NCBI GenBank assembly: GCA_973895155.1
Contig: OZ316892.1
Coordinates: 21,825,619 to 21,889,618 of the forward strand
From: Marsupella aquatica
Lineage: Eukaryota; Plantae; Marchantiophyta
Direction: 5' to 3'
DNA: 64,000 bases
Within the stretch, counting starts at the first letter, position 1. The number at the start of each line of letters is the position of its first letter. Below are positions 62,761 through 64,000 of the stretch, one piece after another. The notes beneath the pieces were generated by a model. The model saw only the letters and a program-made list of their open reading frames with translations, was not told the DNA's origin and searched no databases. A program made the translations under genes and the position numbers.

Positions 62761-63831
62761 GTTGTCTTACATGTATGCAGTCCTTTCTTTTGTGGCTTTA
62801 AACTGAACTCCTGACATCATACTAAAGACGGAGAATTTAATGCTTTAGCCTAGGACCTGCCACTTCAAACATATCTCAAAGGTGCATATTTAATCTGTTA
62901 AAATGATAAAGGGTTCCTTCTATGCCTTGTAACCTTCATCGAAACAGAACAAATGTTAAATGGAAAACAGGCTGCTTTGGTTGATGTAAAGTCACCAAGA
63001 GGAGCTGACTGTAGAGTGTGGGGCATTGCTTTATTTTATTTTATTTCATATACTTACGTTGGAGAGTGGGTTGTCATTTGTGTTAACATGAAAATAGACA
63101 AGGTATGATTTTAACGATATATTTGTCAAATGTGTCTTGGTAGGTTAAGTTTGATAGCCACTGGCATAGCCCATCAGATGCATTTATGAGGTCTGGTAGG
63201 TGACATTCTCTCCTGTACTTTTTAGAATGATCAATTTTATCTCTATTTTCCTCAAAAGCTAATGGGAAAATGATCATCCCCGCACCTGCCGTGGACACAG
63301 CCAGGGAATGAATAGTTTAGAGACCAGGGCTCGATATTGTCAATTTAGTATCCGCACTGTGCTGCACCAAGTTCAGATCTGCCTTCCTAGCTTGCAAGAA
63401 ATAGCGAGCTCTATAAAGGCTAGCCTATGCCATCCCTTGCCAACCTCATAGGACGGTTCCAATGCAACAATTGTAACACGCATGGACGGCAATGGACAGG
63501 GCGAAGTACGTGCTTTGATTTTGCAGTTTCAGGCAGGGATTGCATTTGGGTAAAGCTCACCAATGAGTCAACGGCCCACCACTCACCTCGTCAGTCACCT
63601 CATCATTCACCTCGATTCCGAGACACAGATACTTCTATGGGGGAAGATGTATCACAAAGATGTATCACACTGCCCGAGGGCAAAAACGCCAAACCTGGAC
63701 CCAGGATCCCAAATCAAAGCAAAGCAACCCAATGAAGGAGAGGAAAAGAAGGGAAAGGGCCCAAAGAAAAAACAAGCCAAGGGGAAAATGCTCTTTAGCC
63801 AACTCGTTTCAAAAGAAAGATTATTCTTTGT

Positions 63832-63996
63832 CATGAATTATTATGACTTTACGGATGGATCAAATGTCCTGGCTGTTGCAAATATATGGATATCCAGAAC
63901 AAATATCCAAAGGGTGATCCTTTCAAGACAATGATTAGGTTTTGTCTTGAAGAATTATTATGACTTTGTGGATCAATTGTTCTGGCTGTTGCAAAT
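63832..63996. repeat. ~117-bp-period duplication
   Basis: GAATTATTATGACTTT...GGATCAA.TGT.CTGGCTGTTGCAAAT at ~63835 and ~63952. Confidence 0.75.
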
Positions 63997-64000
63997 GGGT

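Noticed and set aside
63427-63934. ORFs with CxxC and a Lys-rich tract
   Set aside because: Short and frame-broken; possibly a transposon relic running off the window, but unassignable.

Overview
Eukaryotic nuclear DNA from a land plant, probably a non-seed lineage such as a bryophyte or lycophyte (inferred from gene content and intron style; the species cannot be named). I could build five spliced genes by hand from splice sites and reading frame: the 3' part of an importin-5/IMB3 karyopherin (+, <1-5307); an ALS3/STAR2 (UPF0014/FetB) ABC-permease paralog with an apparent plastid transit peptide (+, 8192-10937); a FLAP1/DUF1517 chloroplast membrane protein with a GC-AG intron (+, 18511-21562); a Cys-rich PLAC8-family protein with a Pro/Tyr/Gly tail (+, 41309-43813); and a plant DYRKP kinase (-, 55099-49045). 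The intergenic DNA is rich in transposons: a complete but stop-disrupted Ty1/copia element (24272-31215, TAATT TSD), three related solo LTRs, an L1 LINE with a 5' inversion of twin-priming type (12548-15278), a 5'-truncated CRE-clade-like non-LTR element with an open restriction-like endonuclease ORF (~35350-36555), a tRNA-derived SINE with a 17-bp TSD that shares a short 3' tail with the L1 family, MITEs, and several minisatellites. The best leads are the transit-peptide-bearing ALS3 paralog, the RLE retroelement, the SINE/L1 shared tail, and long inverted repeats that bracket the whole FLAP1-like gene. All alignments were done by eye and no database searches were run. No CRISPR, rRNA or true tRNA gene was seen.
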